Virus record (IMG/VR): IMGVR_UViG_3300020165_000007
Location: 186,001 to 250,000 of that record
Length of the DNA stretch: 64,000 bases
Strand: one strand, 5' to 3'
The notes beneath the pieces are model-generated. The model was not told where the DNA came from. It saw only the letters and a program-made list of their open reading frames with translations, and searched no databases. Positions 1-8,660 of this stretch are shown piece by piece. Both the position numbers and the translations under genes were made by a program. Position 1 is the first letter of the stretch; the number at the start of each line of letters is the position of its first letter.

Positions 1-331
1 AACCAAATTCACTTTTATAATACCCTTTGTTACCATCCAACGATATCTCATCATCAATCTCTTTCATTTTATTTTCTAAGTATTCACTAACATCAGATGG
101 AAGATTTTCATCGTCTATCATACCATACTTTTTCAAAGAATTTCTAATATTACTAAACTCATTTTGAATTTTGTAATGTTCCGACCATATAGAATCCGGA
201 GCGTCTGTAACTCTAAGTATTTCAGATTCAGTAAATCCGTTTTCTAAAAATAAAGACCTTAATTTTCTATATAATACGTATAGATTACTATCTAAGTCAG
301 TTTGTATAATAAATTTTAGTGATGGTGACAT
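1..331 (-). CDS. Hypothetical protein, 3' end truncated by window edge
   Basis: ATG at 331-329 (MSPSLKFIIQTDLDS...), open frame to position 1; not in ORF track. Confidence 0.6.
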   Translation of the reverse strand, partial: MSPSLKFIIQTDLDSNLYVLYRKLRSLFLENGFTESEILRVTDAPDSIWSEHYKIQNEFSNIRNSLKKYGMIDDENLPSDVSEYLENKMKEIDDEISLDGNKGYYKSEFG

Positions 332-336
332 ATTAA

Positions 337-750
337 TTATTCATTACTTAATACTACAGGTAAAATAGCCGTTAATACGGTGGTTAATATTGTGACATTA
401 CGTGTGTTTCTTAATCTTTTTATTTTATCCTCTTTAGATACAATTTCTAAAGATTGGTAAGTAGTCTTATCAATTAAACCTTGATTTATGAACATCAAAG
501 AATCTGTAGTCGTTTTAAATTTATCAATTAATATATTGTTCTGTTCTACAATACTATTCAAATCATTTACTTGAGATAAAAGGGAGTCTACTTCCATTTT
601 ACACAAATCATACTTAATTAAATCACTAGCGATTTGTTTGGCTTGGATTGTTGGAATGCAAACTAAGTCTTCACTCACTGTATCGCTTTGCGAAAAAATC
701 GGAAAGCTCATTATGAGACATATTGTCGATACCATTAAGTGTCTTATCAT
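337..750 (-). CDS. Signal-peptide/coiled-coil protein with C-terminal hydrophobic tail (possible spanin-like lysis accessory)
   Basis: N-terminal signal-like segment, central heptad-rich helix, C-terminal hydrophobic stretch; overlaps upstream TM-coiled-coil gene. Confidence 0.45.
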   Translation of the reverse strand: MIRHLMVSTICLIMSFPIFSQSDTVSEDLVCIPTIQAKQIASDLIKYDLCKMEVDSLLSQVNDLNSIVEQNNILIDKFKTTTDSLMFINQGLIDKTTYQSLEIVSKEDKIKRLRNTRNVTILTTVLTAILPVVLSNE

Positions 751-1048
751 AATCTTTTTTTAACTTATCTATCTGTTTATTCCTGTTTTGAATTGTAGTG
801 TTTAAACTATCTACCTTCGACTCGGTTTCAACTAAAGTAACCTCTAAACGTTCTTTTAATTTAGTTGCGTCATCAACTTTATCCTGTAACTTGTCTTTCT
901 CTTCTTCTAATAAAGAATCAAATCTTTCTTCAGCAGCCATAACAGCCTTATCTACAAAATTTTTAGTCATGGACCAAACCGCAACTCCGCCTAATATACC
1001 TCCTATTAGTAATCCGACTCCTAAGGAAATTAACCTAACATTTTTCAT
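671..1048 (-). CDS. N-terminal TM plus coiled-coil protein (i-spanin-like architecture)
   Basis: LISLGVGLLIGGILGGVAVW TM followed by long charged coiled coil. Confidence 0.5.
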   Translation of the reverse strand: MKNVRLISLGVGLLIGGILGGVAVWSMTKNFVDKAVMAAEERFDSLLEEEKDKLQDKVDDATKLKERLEVTLVETESKVDSLNTTIQNRNKQIDKLKKDYDKTLNGIDNMSHNELSDFFAKRYSE

Positions 1049-1063
1049 ACTTCACCATATGAT

Positions 1064-1756
1064 TTATGCCTTCATCATCGAGGATGGAAAATCGGGTTTA
1101 GATGGAAAATCAGGTTTGTTAATCTTATCTCTTGGTGGTACTTTACCTCCTTCAAAACATTGTCCTATACCAACACATTGTAGCAAACCTTTTATTTTAT
1201 CTTCATCAATACAGAAATCCTCTTTTAGTCCTCCCATAAACTTAGATATACATCCTTGTACTTTCTCACAGTCCACATTGATACCACCGTCTTTAACTGG
1301 TACAGTACCTATTTGACCACCACCTTTACACTTATCACAAATTTCTTTAGGGATACAACCTAATTCACATAATTTACCTGTAGTTTCAGGTCCGATACCA
1401 CCGTCAACTTTAAGTCCATTTTTTCCTTGAAATACTTCAACAACATCCTTAGTCATACTTCCAAAGATACCATCAACAACTAATGGTTGTAGAGGTTCGA
1501 TACCACATGCGTTTAACGCTTCTTGAAATAACTTAACCAACTCACCTTTAGCACCTCTCTTAAGTTGTCCTTTACCGACCAATACTTGACAAAATTCGTC
1601 AGCAATTGGTAAGTATTTTTTTACAGGTACTTCTTTTTTTGGTGGAGCGTCGGTCATTGGTGGAGATACGACTTTCTCTTGTTCATTTAATAAACCCTTA
1701 TATAGACTCTGTATACTCAGTTTTTCATTTTCGGATAGTATGATTCTTTTTCCCAT
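1064..1756 (-). CDS. Peptidoglycan-binding (PG_binding_1-like) domain protein with N-terminal leader
   Basis: LKRGAKGELVKLFQEAL...VDGIFGSMTKDVVEVFQ...LKVDGGIGPET motif; leader MGKRIILSENEK...LLNEQ; Cys-rich C-terminus. Confidence 0.8.
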   Translation of the reverse strand: MGKRIILSENEKLSIQSLYKGLLNEQEKVVSPPMTDAPPKKEVPVKKYLPIADEFCQVLVGKGQLKRGAKGELVKLFQEALNACGIEPLQPLVVDGIFGSMTKDVVEVFQGKNGLKVDGGIGPETTGKLCELGCIPKEICDKCKGGGQIGTVPVKDGGINVDCEKVQGCISKFMGGLKEDFCIDEDKIKGLLQCVGIGQCFEGGKVPPRDKINKPDFPSKPDFPSSMMKA

Positions 1757-1791
1757 AATATTAAGTTTTACTATAAATACTTTTATAAATG

Positions 1792-1817
1792 AAAAATCCC
1801 CATTAATGAGGATTTTT
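1792..1817. terminator. Intrinsic terminator-like hairpin
   Basis: AAAAATCC...GGATTTTT inverted repeat with A/T tails. Confidence 0.55.
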
Positions 1818-1831
1818 CTTAATTAAAACAT

Positions 1832-1975
1832 TTATTTTTCATTCTTAAGTTCATCTCTTACGTCCCAATAATGTTCTCTAAGTCTTCTACCGAGTTGTTG
1901 CTCATTAAGCTTTTCATCTATAATCCATTTTGTTATTACGGAAATAGGTAGGTGGTGATATTCTTTATTACTCAT
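1832..1975 (-). CDS. Small hypothetical protein (47 aa)
   Basis: ATG overlaps end of upstream gene; MSNKEYHHLPISVITKW... Confidence 0.5.
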   Translation of the reverse strand: MSNKEYHHLPISVITKWIIDEKLNEQQLGRRLREHYWDVRDELKNEK

Positions 1976-2423
1976 TTTCTACTCTATTAATAATTTGTGG
2001 ATTCTGTTTAATGGTTTGTATAGTAATTAAGTCCTTAATCTTAGTCGTAGACCAGTTATGTGAACGAGTAGTATAGATAACGTCAATAGGTAAGTGGTCA
2101 CCTGTATATCTTTTACCGATATAATCATCACCCAATATACGAATGTCAGGCTTATAAAAGGTCATCAATTCGAGGAGTTCTTCTTCCGTCTGATAGCAAA
2201 CCACCTCATCGACATATTTTATCGACATAAGGGTCTTATATCGTTCATACAAGGGTATTACAGGTTTATACTTAGTGTTCCTTGTTTCAGAGGGGTCACT
2301 TTGCAAAAATACCATAAAGTAATCACAATGTTCTTTAGCCGTTTCAAATGTATAAATGTAACCAGGGTGTAATAAATCAAAATTACCCGCAGTAAATCCT
2401 ATTTTTCCTTTTTTACTATCCAT
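1968..2423 (-). CDS. Cytidylyltransferase family protein (TagD/RfaE-II-like)
   Basis: GFTAGNFDLLHPGY (HxGH-type), KPDIRILGDDY, RSHNWSTT motifs. Confidence 0.85.
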   Translation of the reverse strand: MDSKKGKIGFTAGNFDLLHPGYIYTFETAKEHCDYFMVFLQSDPSETRNTKYKPVIPLYERYKTLMSIKYVDEVVCYQTEEELLELMTFYKPDIRILGDDYIGKRYTGDHLPIDVIYTTRSHNWSTTKIKDLITIQTIKQNPQIINRVENE

Positions 2424-2459
2424 GTGGTAATAGTATTACATATAAAATATATTGTAAAT

Positions 2460-2488
2460 AAAAAACCCCTCAACAATAAGGGGTTTTT
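2460..2488. terminator. Intrinsic terminator (bidirectional)
   Basis: AAAAAACCCCT-N7-AGGGGTTTTT. Confidence 0.7.
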
Positions 2489-2511
2489 GTAATCACAAAA
2501 GGAATTATTGA

Positions 2512-2688
2512 TTATCCACAGCAGGACATATCACAACAATTTCCTTCACACTTTGTTTCATCACAGTGGTCCATTTGACAACATGTTGTCTCCTTAACAC
2601 ACTCTGACTCGGATTCACAACAGGACATTTCTGATGACGTTGCACAACTAAACAATCCGACAGATAACAGAATAAATAAATGTTTCAT
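2512..2688 (-). CDS. Cys-rich metallothionein-like lipoprotein, copy 1 (58 aa)
   Basis: Manual translation MKHLFILLSVGLFSCATSSEMSCCESESECVKETTCCQMDHCDETKCEGNCCDMSCCG; lipobox LFSC; paralog at 7051-7227. Confidence 0.85.
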   Translation of the reverse strand: MKHLFILLSVGLFSCATSSEMSCCESESECVKETTCCQMDHCDETKCEGNCCDMSCCG

Positions 2689-3233
2689 GTTGTTTTGTTA
2701 TTATTATTACAGAATCCCTTAACAGGTACACCTGAACTGGATATAAAATTATCGATAGCTTTAGCCAATTCATCACCCCTATCGTAAGAGACTCTTAATT
2801 CTTCGAGGACACCGTCTTTTAATTCCTTAGACATCTCAAAACTTCTACCCTTATTTACTGCTCTAATTATATCATCGATGAGGTTCACCAACTTACTATC
2901 TAATTTATCTAACAATAAACCGATAGCTTCGTCAGGTGTGTTTACCTTTTCACCCACCTGAACTTTTTTAATTACATTTTTAATTGCAAATACACACTGA
3001 GCAACAGCACCTTCGACGTTATCACAAAGACTGTCAGAATCTGCAAGACCATTTAAAGTTTTAAACAAGCTCATCATAACATTTTTATACTTAGTGACCA
3101 ACTCAAGGGCAGTAATTTTAGGGGGTCTGTTCTGAACTTTATCCTTTACCTTATCAATAATATTTTCATCGACTGAATACATGTTAAGAATGTCGTGTTT
3201 TTCAGACTCAGATATAATAATTCTTTTACTCAT
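2685..3233 (-). CDS. Hypothetical protein with N-terminal leader
   Basis: MSKRIIISESEKHDILNMYSVDE leader; TATTTAT upstream (3248-3254). Confidence 0.75.
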   Translation of the reverse strand: MSKRIIISESEKHDILNMYSVDENIIDKVKDKVQNRPPKITALELVTKYKNVMMSLFKTLNGLADSDSLCDNVEGAVAQCVFAIKNVIKKVQVGEKVNTPDEAIGLLLDKLDSKLVNLIDDIIRAVNKGRSFEMSKELKDGVLEELRVSYDRGDELAKAIDNFISSSGVPVKGFCNNNNKTT

Positions 3234-3452
3234 AATATTCTTTTATTATAAATATCACAAGAAAGAAAAAAGTTAACCCACATTATCTTAAAGAGTCACT
3301 ACAGGAGTTCCCATAAGAAGTCGAAAAAAACACGTCCGAAAGGACGAAAAAAAATTTTTCGGTAATCCGGCATCAGAGAGATTTACAAACAAATAAGCAA
3401 AATAAAACCCCCAAACCGAAGAAAGGGGGTTAAATTTACAAACGTAATAGGA

Positions 3453-3818
3453 TTACGCTCTACGGAGATAAGTTTCATCACGAAGGATATAACCAATAAA
3501 GGCAAATGAACCCAACATAATAGGTGCCATAACTCCTGAACCCCCCATCATAGAGAGATGCATGACCACAGCTCCCGTCATAATGGAACCCAAAAGAACG
3601 GAACCATATAATGAAGTACGGGGGTATACAAACAAAATAACACCAAGAACTTCAAGAATACCCACCATAGTAAGGTAAGGGGTTAAGTTCATAAATGTAA
3701 AATTGTTTATCATCTCTTCTGTACCGAAGATTTTAGAGAATCCTCCCATTCCCAACATAACAGCAACAAACGCCGTAAATAACCAACCTAAGTTGGCAAG
3801 TGTTAAATACTTTTTCAT
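3453..3818 (-). CDS. DoxX family membrane protein
   Basis: 4 TM helices, GILEVLG and GAVVMH motifs. Confidence 0.8.
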   Translation of the reverse strand: MKKYLTLANLGWLFTAFVAVMLGMGGFSKIFGTEEMINNFTFMNLTPYLTMVGILEVLGVILFVYPRTSLYGSVLLGSIMTGAVVMHLSMMGGSGVMAPIMLGSFAFIGYILRDETYLRRA

Positions 3819-3890
3819 AATATATAATTTTAGTTTTATATAATATATAAAATGATAAAATACTTGTAAATAGATGATATATGAAGAAAC

Positions 3891-4046
3891 TTAACGATTA
3901 CCGTTAATAAATTCCAAATCCTCGATTTCCTTAATAATACTGTCGACACTGAAATTAACACCGTTAGTCGTAGGTATCTGAAAATGAGTGGTACCCCTTT
4001 CCTTGAGAATATATAACATGTCCTTAACTTGTGAGAGATTATTCAT
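3891..4046 (-). CDS. Small hypothetical protein (51 aa)
   Basis: Manual translation MNNLSQVKDMLYILKERG...; TATTTAT just upstream. Confidence 0.5.
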   Translation of the reverse strand: MNNLSQVKDMLYILKERGTTHFQIPTTNGVNFSVDSIIKEIEDLEFINGNR

Positions 4047-4064
4047 ACCAATAAATATATTAAA

Positions 4065-4613
4065 TTATTTAATACTAACAGTGATTTCTAAAGGAATCGT
4101 TACCTTCTTCTCATAAGGGGGACATACTTCCGTGTCGACGTCCCCGTCATAATCTATATACGTAATCTCTACTTTACCCCCGTCAAGAAGAACCTGAGAT
4201 ATAGGGGGGTAAATTCTTTTATAGTTATTTGTTGATGACCCTATGAAACCATATTCTGTAATTTGATTATTGTTTTGTGAATCACCTACTAATAGACATC
4301 CTGATGTATCCTCAGCAGTATTTCCAATATGAATTAAAATATATTCAAATCCTGGTACATCCCTAACCCATAACATCCCCTTATTAAAGTCTGTACCAAA
4401 TCGTTCATTATAATCTTGGTTCATACCTCCTTCTGTTCTAAGAGTTACGTTGTATGTTCCTGATGGTACCCGTGTCTTACCTGATACCTTTTCATCTCTA
4501 TACTCATCTTCCAAAGTATAAGATAGAAACTTACGTTTACCGTCAGTTACATCAAATAAAATCCCATTAGTTGATGTCCCCTCACTTGATATTCTTAATA
4601 CTTCTAGTTTCAT
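4065..4613 (-). CDS. DUF5675 family protein (L,D-transpeptidase-like fold; possible cell-wall hydrolase)
   Basis: YTLED...T(R)VPSGTY...ILIHIGNTAEDTSGCLLVG signature. Confidence 0.8.
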   Translation of the reverse strand: MKLEVLRISSEGTSTNGILFDVTDGKRKFLSYTLEDEYRDEKVSGKTRVPSGTYNVTLRTEGGMNQDYNERFGTDFNKGMLWVRDVPGFEYILIHIGNTAEDTSGCLLVGDSQNNNQITEYGFIGSSTNNYKRIYPPISQVLLDGGKVEITYIDYDGDVDTEVCPPYEKKVTIPLEITVSIK

Positions 4614-4620
4614 ATATTAA

Positions 4621-4974
4621 TCATTTAATAAAAGGTACCATATCTATATACCTAATATTAGCGTTTAATTTCTTATCGTTAAAAAATGTAGAATGTATTT
4701 CCGTTAACTTAGCAAAAATATCCCCCTTCACTCCCATACTGCCTATTCCTCTCATTCCTTTACAATCTTCTTTAACACTAACTTTAATTTTAGGGGTGAT
4801 ATATTCGTTAAATTTATCATTCATTCTTCTCTCAAAGTCATCTTTGGGTGGGTGTCGAACTAACGATTCACTACCAGAAACAAATCCATCAAACTCAATC
4901 TTATCAATACATTTATGTACTGAAGGTAACATGTACTTTACGAGTAAACTATATTTTTCTTCAAAGTCTTCCAT
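4621..4974 (-). CDS. Hypothetical protein
   Basis: ORF; start moved to MEDFEEK, directly after TATTTAT motif. Confidence 0.6.
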   Translation of the reverse strand: MEDFEEKYSLLVKYMLPSVHKCIDKIEFDGFVSGSESLVRHPPKDDFERRMNDKFNEYITPKIKVSVKEDCKGMRGIGSMGVKGDIFAKLTEIHSTFFNDKKLNANIRYIDMVPFIK

Positions 4975-5029
4975 ATAAATAAATATCATTATGTTTGGAT
5001 AATTGTACAGTTATCACTATATTTATAGT

Positions 5030-5539
5030 ATGAAACAATTACTAAGTATTTACCTTTCTTTTTTTTCGTTGTGTGTATATTCACAAACAGATAGTTTAGT
5101 TTATTACAGACCTAACTACTACACACAGTTTTTGTTGGATTCTTTAAATGTACCATTTATTCCATTGGATTTAAGAAATGATACATCATATAATAACAAT
5201 GAATATATTAGTGAGTTTAATAACTATTTCGGTAATGACTTAGTTTATCTCCCTAATCAAAATACTGATTACTATGATTTTTTAGAATCTGACCTTGAGG
5301 ACCTTTTTGGTAATTTAAAGTCTTTATTAAAACCCGATGGTGTAATTGGTGAAAGATTTATTGAGGACGGAGATAATTTATATCGTTTAATTGAATACTT
5401 TGATATTGTAGATAATGAAAATATTAGGGTCTATTACTTTAAAACAACTCTATATAAATTAAGTACTAATGGTGGGTGGGTCTCAATTATTGACCCTCCT
5501 TCGGATAAGTTACCAAAATTTAACAAAACTTACATGTAA
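5030..5539 (+). CDS. Secreted hypothetical protein
   Basis: Sec signal MKQLLSIYLSFFSLCVYS|Q (Bacteroidota-type Gln +1); TATTTAT at 5020-5026. Confidence 0.65.
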   Translation: MKQLLSIYLSFFSLCVYSQTDSLVYYRPNYYTQFLLDSLNVPFIPLDLRNDTSYNNNEYISEFNNYFGNDLVYLPNQNTDYYDFLESDLEDLFGNLKSLLKPDGVIGERFIEDGDNLYRLIEYFDIVDNENIRVYYFKTTLYKLSTNGGWVSIIDPPSDKLPKFNKTYM

Positions 5540-5540
5540 T

Positions 5541-5566
5541 AAAAAAGGGTCAACTGACCCTTTTTT
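5541..5566. terminator. Bidirectional terminator between convergent genes
   Basis: AAAAAAGGGTCA-AC-TGACCCTTTTTT perfect inverted repeat. Confidence 0.8.
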
Positions 5567-5585
5567 ATTTAATATATGTAATGAC

Positions 5586-6203
5586 TTATAAAGAATTTGA
5601 TAATTCACCAAATCTCTCACTGATTTTATTACCAAACAATTTAATAACTTCTTCTTTATTTGATATAGTACTTAATGCGTTTTTAAAACTATCAAATGCG
5701 CTTTTCTTATTATGTTCAAAATTAATTCTAAACCATGAAGGATTATCTGGATATGTCTCAACATTAAGGCCATTCATGTCTTTTCTAATAACTACATATA
5801 CTCCTCCATAAGTATCAGATTCAGAATCTGATATATAAGGATAACCGTCCTTCGAATAAAGAGGTTTATATACATTCCATTTTAGATTATGTATATCTCC
5901 TGCAATATCCTTTTCTTCATTATTTTCACCATAATTTTTTAATTTAAAAATGTATCCGTTAAAAAAAAACGGAGTTTCCTTGTTTTGACTAGCAACCGAT
6001 AAGAAATTATTAAAGTTTCCATTATCTAATCCAAAGTCGGCATCGAACTTACTATATTTAATGTTTTCATATAGGTCAACCTGACCCAATTGTTTGTTGA
6101 CCATTTGCTGGAACTTCTCGTTCATCAGCTTCATACCACCTGAATGTTGTTCCCTTATAGAGTTTTTTTCTTCCTCCGATATGTTATTTAGTAAATGTTT
6201 CAT
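5586..6203 (-). CDS. Hypothetical protein with N-terminal leader
   Basis: MKHLLNNISEEEKNSIREQH...LMNE; TATTTAT 6221-6227. Confidence 0.75.
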   Translation of the reverse strand: MKHLLNNISEEEKNSIREQHSGGMKLMNEKFQQMVNKQLGQVDLYENIKYSKFDADFGLDNGNFNNFLSVASQNKETPFFFNGYIFKLKNYGENNEEKDIAGDIHNLKWNVYKPLYSKDGYPYISDSESDTYGGVYVVIRKDMNGLNVETYPDNPSWFRINFEHNKKSAFDSFKNALSTISNKEEVIKLFGNKISERFGELSNSL

Positions 6204-6253
6204 ATTAATATCATTTTATTATAAATACTCAGTAACATTAAAAAATTACAATT

Positions 6254-6439
6254 TTATATACCTAATTCAGTTACCCTACCCATAATATACGATTTCTTCT
6301 TTTCCAATAAGGTAATTTGTTTAGTTTCACTTTCGTCTAAATCAAATTTATTCATTTTAATTGAATTAATTTGATTCTCCAATCGATGGTATTCATTCAA
6401 ATAGTCATCATATAACTTAGCCTTTGCATTATCATTCAT
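6254..6439 (-). CDS. Small coiled-coil hypothetical protein
   Basis: ORF in co-oriented run. Confidence 0.6.
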   Translation of the reverse strand: MNDNAKAKLYDDYLNEYHRLENQINSIKMNKFDLDESETKQITLLEKKKSYIMGRVTELGI

Positions 6440-6480
6440 ACTTAAAATTTAACAAATTAAATAATATAGTATATGGTAAA

Positions 6481-6687
6481 TTACTTTTTACTGTATTTTA
6501 CTTTTTTCTTATCATTTGGGAATCTACTGAAATTACCCATACCGTCGATATCCATTTCATCAGCCTCATTGGATAAACTCTTAAATTCTTTTTCTTGTTC
6601 TTTATGAGAACGATTAATCATTGTTAATAACCCCAACATATATAGGATGAAAATAATTGACCCGACAGTAAACATAATAATTTGCAT
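6481..6687 (-). CDS. Small membrane protein
   Basis: N-terminal TM; C-terminal DxDGMGNFSRF. Confidence 0.6.
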   Translation of the reverse strand: MQIIMFTVGSIIFILYMLGLLTMINRSHKEQEKEFKSLSNEADEMDIDGMGNFSRFPNDKKKVKYSKK

Positions 6688-6692
6688 GATAA

Positions 6693-6893
6693 TCAGTTTT
6701 TGTTTTTGTAGTAATCATTTCGACGTTGACGAATAGTTGTCGACATACTCAAGATTGAAGGAACCCAAATCCCAACAAAGATACCCTCAAGTTGATATCC
6801 CATAAACCATAGTGTAACCGAATACAGGAATGAGATGAAAGCAAGAATAACGGGATAATAAATTTCCCAAAATGTAATTAGTTTGTTTTTCAT
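6693..6893 (-). CDS. Small two-TM membrane protein
   Basis: FLYSVTLWF...GIFVGIWVPSIL; ATG at 6893 preferred. Confidence 0.65.
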   Translation of the reverse strand: MKNKLITFWEIYYPVILAFISFLYSVTLWFMGYQLEGIFVGIWVPSILSMSTTIRQRRNDYYKNKN

Positions 6894-6997
6894 ACCAAAA
6901 AGATAATAATAACTTTCCAATTTCTCAAGTTTTTTCTGGAAATTTTCAGAGAGGTTTTTACCCCTTTTTCAGAAAGAGGGTCTTGTTTCTATATAAT

Positions 6998-7027
6998 AAA
7001 AAACCCCTCCGAGTTGGAGAGGTTTTT
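6998..7027 (-). terminator. Terminator hairpin, third member of repeated CCCCTCCG..TGGAGAGG family
   Basis: AAAAAACCCCTCCGAGTTGGAGAGGTTTTT. Confidence 0.7.
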
Positions 7028-7050
7028 AAAATCAGATAAGGATTGTTGGA

Positions 7051-7227
7051 TTATCCACAGCAGGACACATCACAACAATTACCTTCACACTTGTCGGTAT
7101 TACAGTGGTCCATTTCACAACATACAACATCTTTTGTACAATCTGTTTTAGATTCACAACAAGCCATCTCTGTTGATGCCGAACAACTGAATAATCCTAA
7201 CGTTAAGATTACTAATAAATTTTTCAT
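7051..7227 (-). CDS. Cys-rich metallothionein-like lipoprotein, copy 2 (58 aa)
   Basis: MKNLLVILTLGLFSCSASTEMACCESKTDCTKDVVCCEMDHCNTDKCEGNCCDVSCCG; identical Cys spacing to copy 1. Confidence 0.85.
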   Translation of the reverse strand: MKNLLVILTLGLFSCSASTEMACCESKTDCTKDVVCCEMDHCNTDKCEGNCCDVSCCG

Positions 7228-7264
7228 GATAATTAATTTATAATTGTTTATACCAATATGTATG

Positions 7265-7324
7265 CCAATTTTCCCAAAAATTTTAATCAATAAAAAACCC
7301 CTCCGTATTGGAGAGGTTCTTATT
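7265..7324. repeat. ~60-bp direct repeat copy A (contains terminator hairpin)
   Basis: CCAATTTT.CCAAAAATTTTAATCAATAAAAAACCCCTCCGTATTGGAGAGG.TCTTATT, near-identical to 8006-8066. Confidence 0.9.
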
Positions 7325-7335
7325 TTTTATTTTGG

Positions 7336-7980
7336 TCATAGAGGTGGTTTTGTCCCTGTTGGTTTTGGTACTGTACCTCCAATATGCGCAATCGAGTCTA
7401 AATAACGTAATGCTTTAGACAACTCTTCAACCCTATACTTTAAATCAGGAGGAGTCATACTCATTAGTTTTCCCTTTGAAGTTCCACTATTCCTAACTTC
7501 TTCTACAAAATCTGGTAGTCTAGATTTTTTAACACGGTTTATAAAATCTTTGAATTCAGTTTTACTTAAATACAACATGTCTTTTAACCATTTTAAGGGA
7601 AGATAGTCACCATCAATTTTTTGAGTTTGTATTAAATCACTTACGATATCAAAAGGTTCTTCGTATTGGTCTTCATATCCAGTACCTTTGACAGTACTAT
7701 TCCAAAAACCACCTATGTTATTCAATATACTACGATTTGTTTCATTAGTATTCATAACTTGATTCACCATTTCCTTATTACGAATATCAAGTAACTCTTC
7801 CCTAGTTTTATTTAAGATAGGTAAAACTTCAGATAATGATTGTTGAACAGTTTTCATTTTTGATAGTTGGTCTAATTGGTCACCCACTTTAAACTCATCA
7901 TTAGATTGTTCATCAATCAAACCATACATCTCTTGTATGTTTCTTTTTTCTTCTTCGGATAATAATATTTGTCGTCCCAT
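7336..7980 (-). CDS. Hypothetical protein with N-terminal leader, flanked by 60-bp direct repeats
   Basis: MGRQILLSEEEKRNIQEMYGLIDEQ; TATTTAT 7998-8004. Confidence 0.75.
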   Translation of the reverse strand: MGRQILLSEEEKRNIQEMYGLIDEQSNDEFKVGDQLDQLSKMKTVQQSLSEVLPILNKTREELLDIRNKEMVNQVMNTNETNRSILNNIGGFWNSTVKGTGYEDQYEEPFDIVSDLIQTQKIDGDYLPLKWLKDMLYLSKTEFKDFINRVKKSRLPDFVEEVRNSGTSKGKLMSMTPPDLKYRVEELSKALRYLDSIAHIGGTVPKPTGTKPPL

Positions 7981-8005
7981 AGTATTATTGTTTACCAATA
8001 AATAT

Positions 8006-8066
8006 CCAATTTTTCCAAAAAATTTTAATCAATAAAAAACCCCTCCGTATTGGAGAGGGTCTTATT
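8006..8066. repeat. ~60-bp direct repeat copy B
   Basis: Near-identical to 7265-7324; overlaps the last codons of the 8025-8660 gene. Confidence 0.9.
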
Positions 8067-8660
8067 CCAACCTTCATACGCAATGGCTGTAGTACGTTCA
8101 AGTACTTCTGCAAAGTATTCTTCATTATCGTTAATTAAATCAACCATTACTGCCCTTTCATCTTCCCACCAATTATCAGTCTTTAAATTATTTCTCATCC
8201 ACTCGTTTTCAGACAGTGTTATTAAATAACGAGTTAAGTGTAATGATTCATGAGCCAAAATTCTGTTAATATATCCTGGTGATGATGCTCTTTGCACATT
8301 TATAAATTCAAATAGTTGGTCCCTATAAAAATTGGTTAAACCACCAATATATGCATCATCCATTTCCGTCCTTCCTTCAGATTCCATTTTGGTTATGTGT
8401 TCCTCAGCACCTTCTCTAGTTAGACCTGCAATTTCATTAGTACCAAAAGCATCAAAAATAGATAAACTACTATCCCCAAAAATTAAATGATAAGGTTGTA
8501 ATTTAATGTCCTTTTTATCTATAACATCAAATACACCAACGGTAACTAATTCATGTAGTAAAACACCTGTTTTTTTGGGTAAAGAAATGGACTTACTGAT
8601 AGATTTTTGTTCTCTATCTTCCAACTCTTCTTTTAATACTTTTCGGATTAATTCTTTCAT
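8025..8660 (-). CDS. HExxH (zincin-like) putative metallopeptidase with N-terminal leader
   Basis: ILAHESLHLT...NEEYFAE; leader MKELIRKVLKEE; TATTTAT 8665-8671. Confidence 0.65.
   Translation of the reverse strand: MKELIRKVLKEELEDREQKSISKSISLPKKTGVLLHELVTVGVFDVIDKKDIKLQPYHLIFGDSSLSIFDAFGTNEIAGLTREGAEEHITKMESEGRTEMDDAYIGGLTNFYRDQLFEFINVQRASSPGYINRILAHESLHLTRYLITLSENEWMRNNLKTDNWWEDERAVMVDLINDNEEYFAEVLERTTAIAYEGWNKTLSNTEGFFID

Noticed and set aside
798-1316. 172-aa plus-strand ORF and the many similar antisense ORFs in the track (e.g. 4571, 31618, 44411, 48834, 61295)
   Set aside because: Shadows of well-supported minus-strand genes; Ser/Phe/Leu-rich antisense composition
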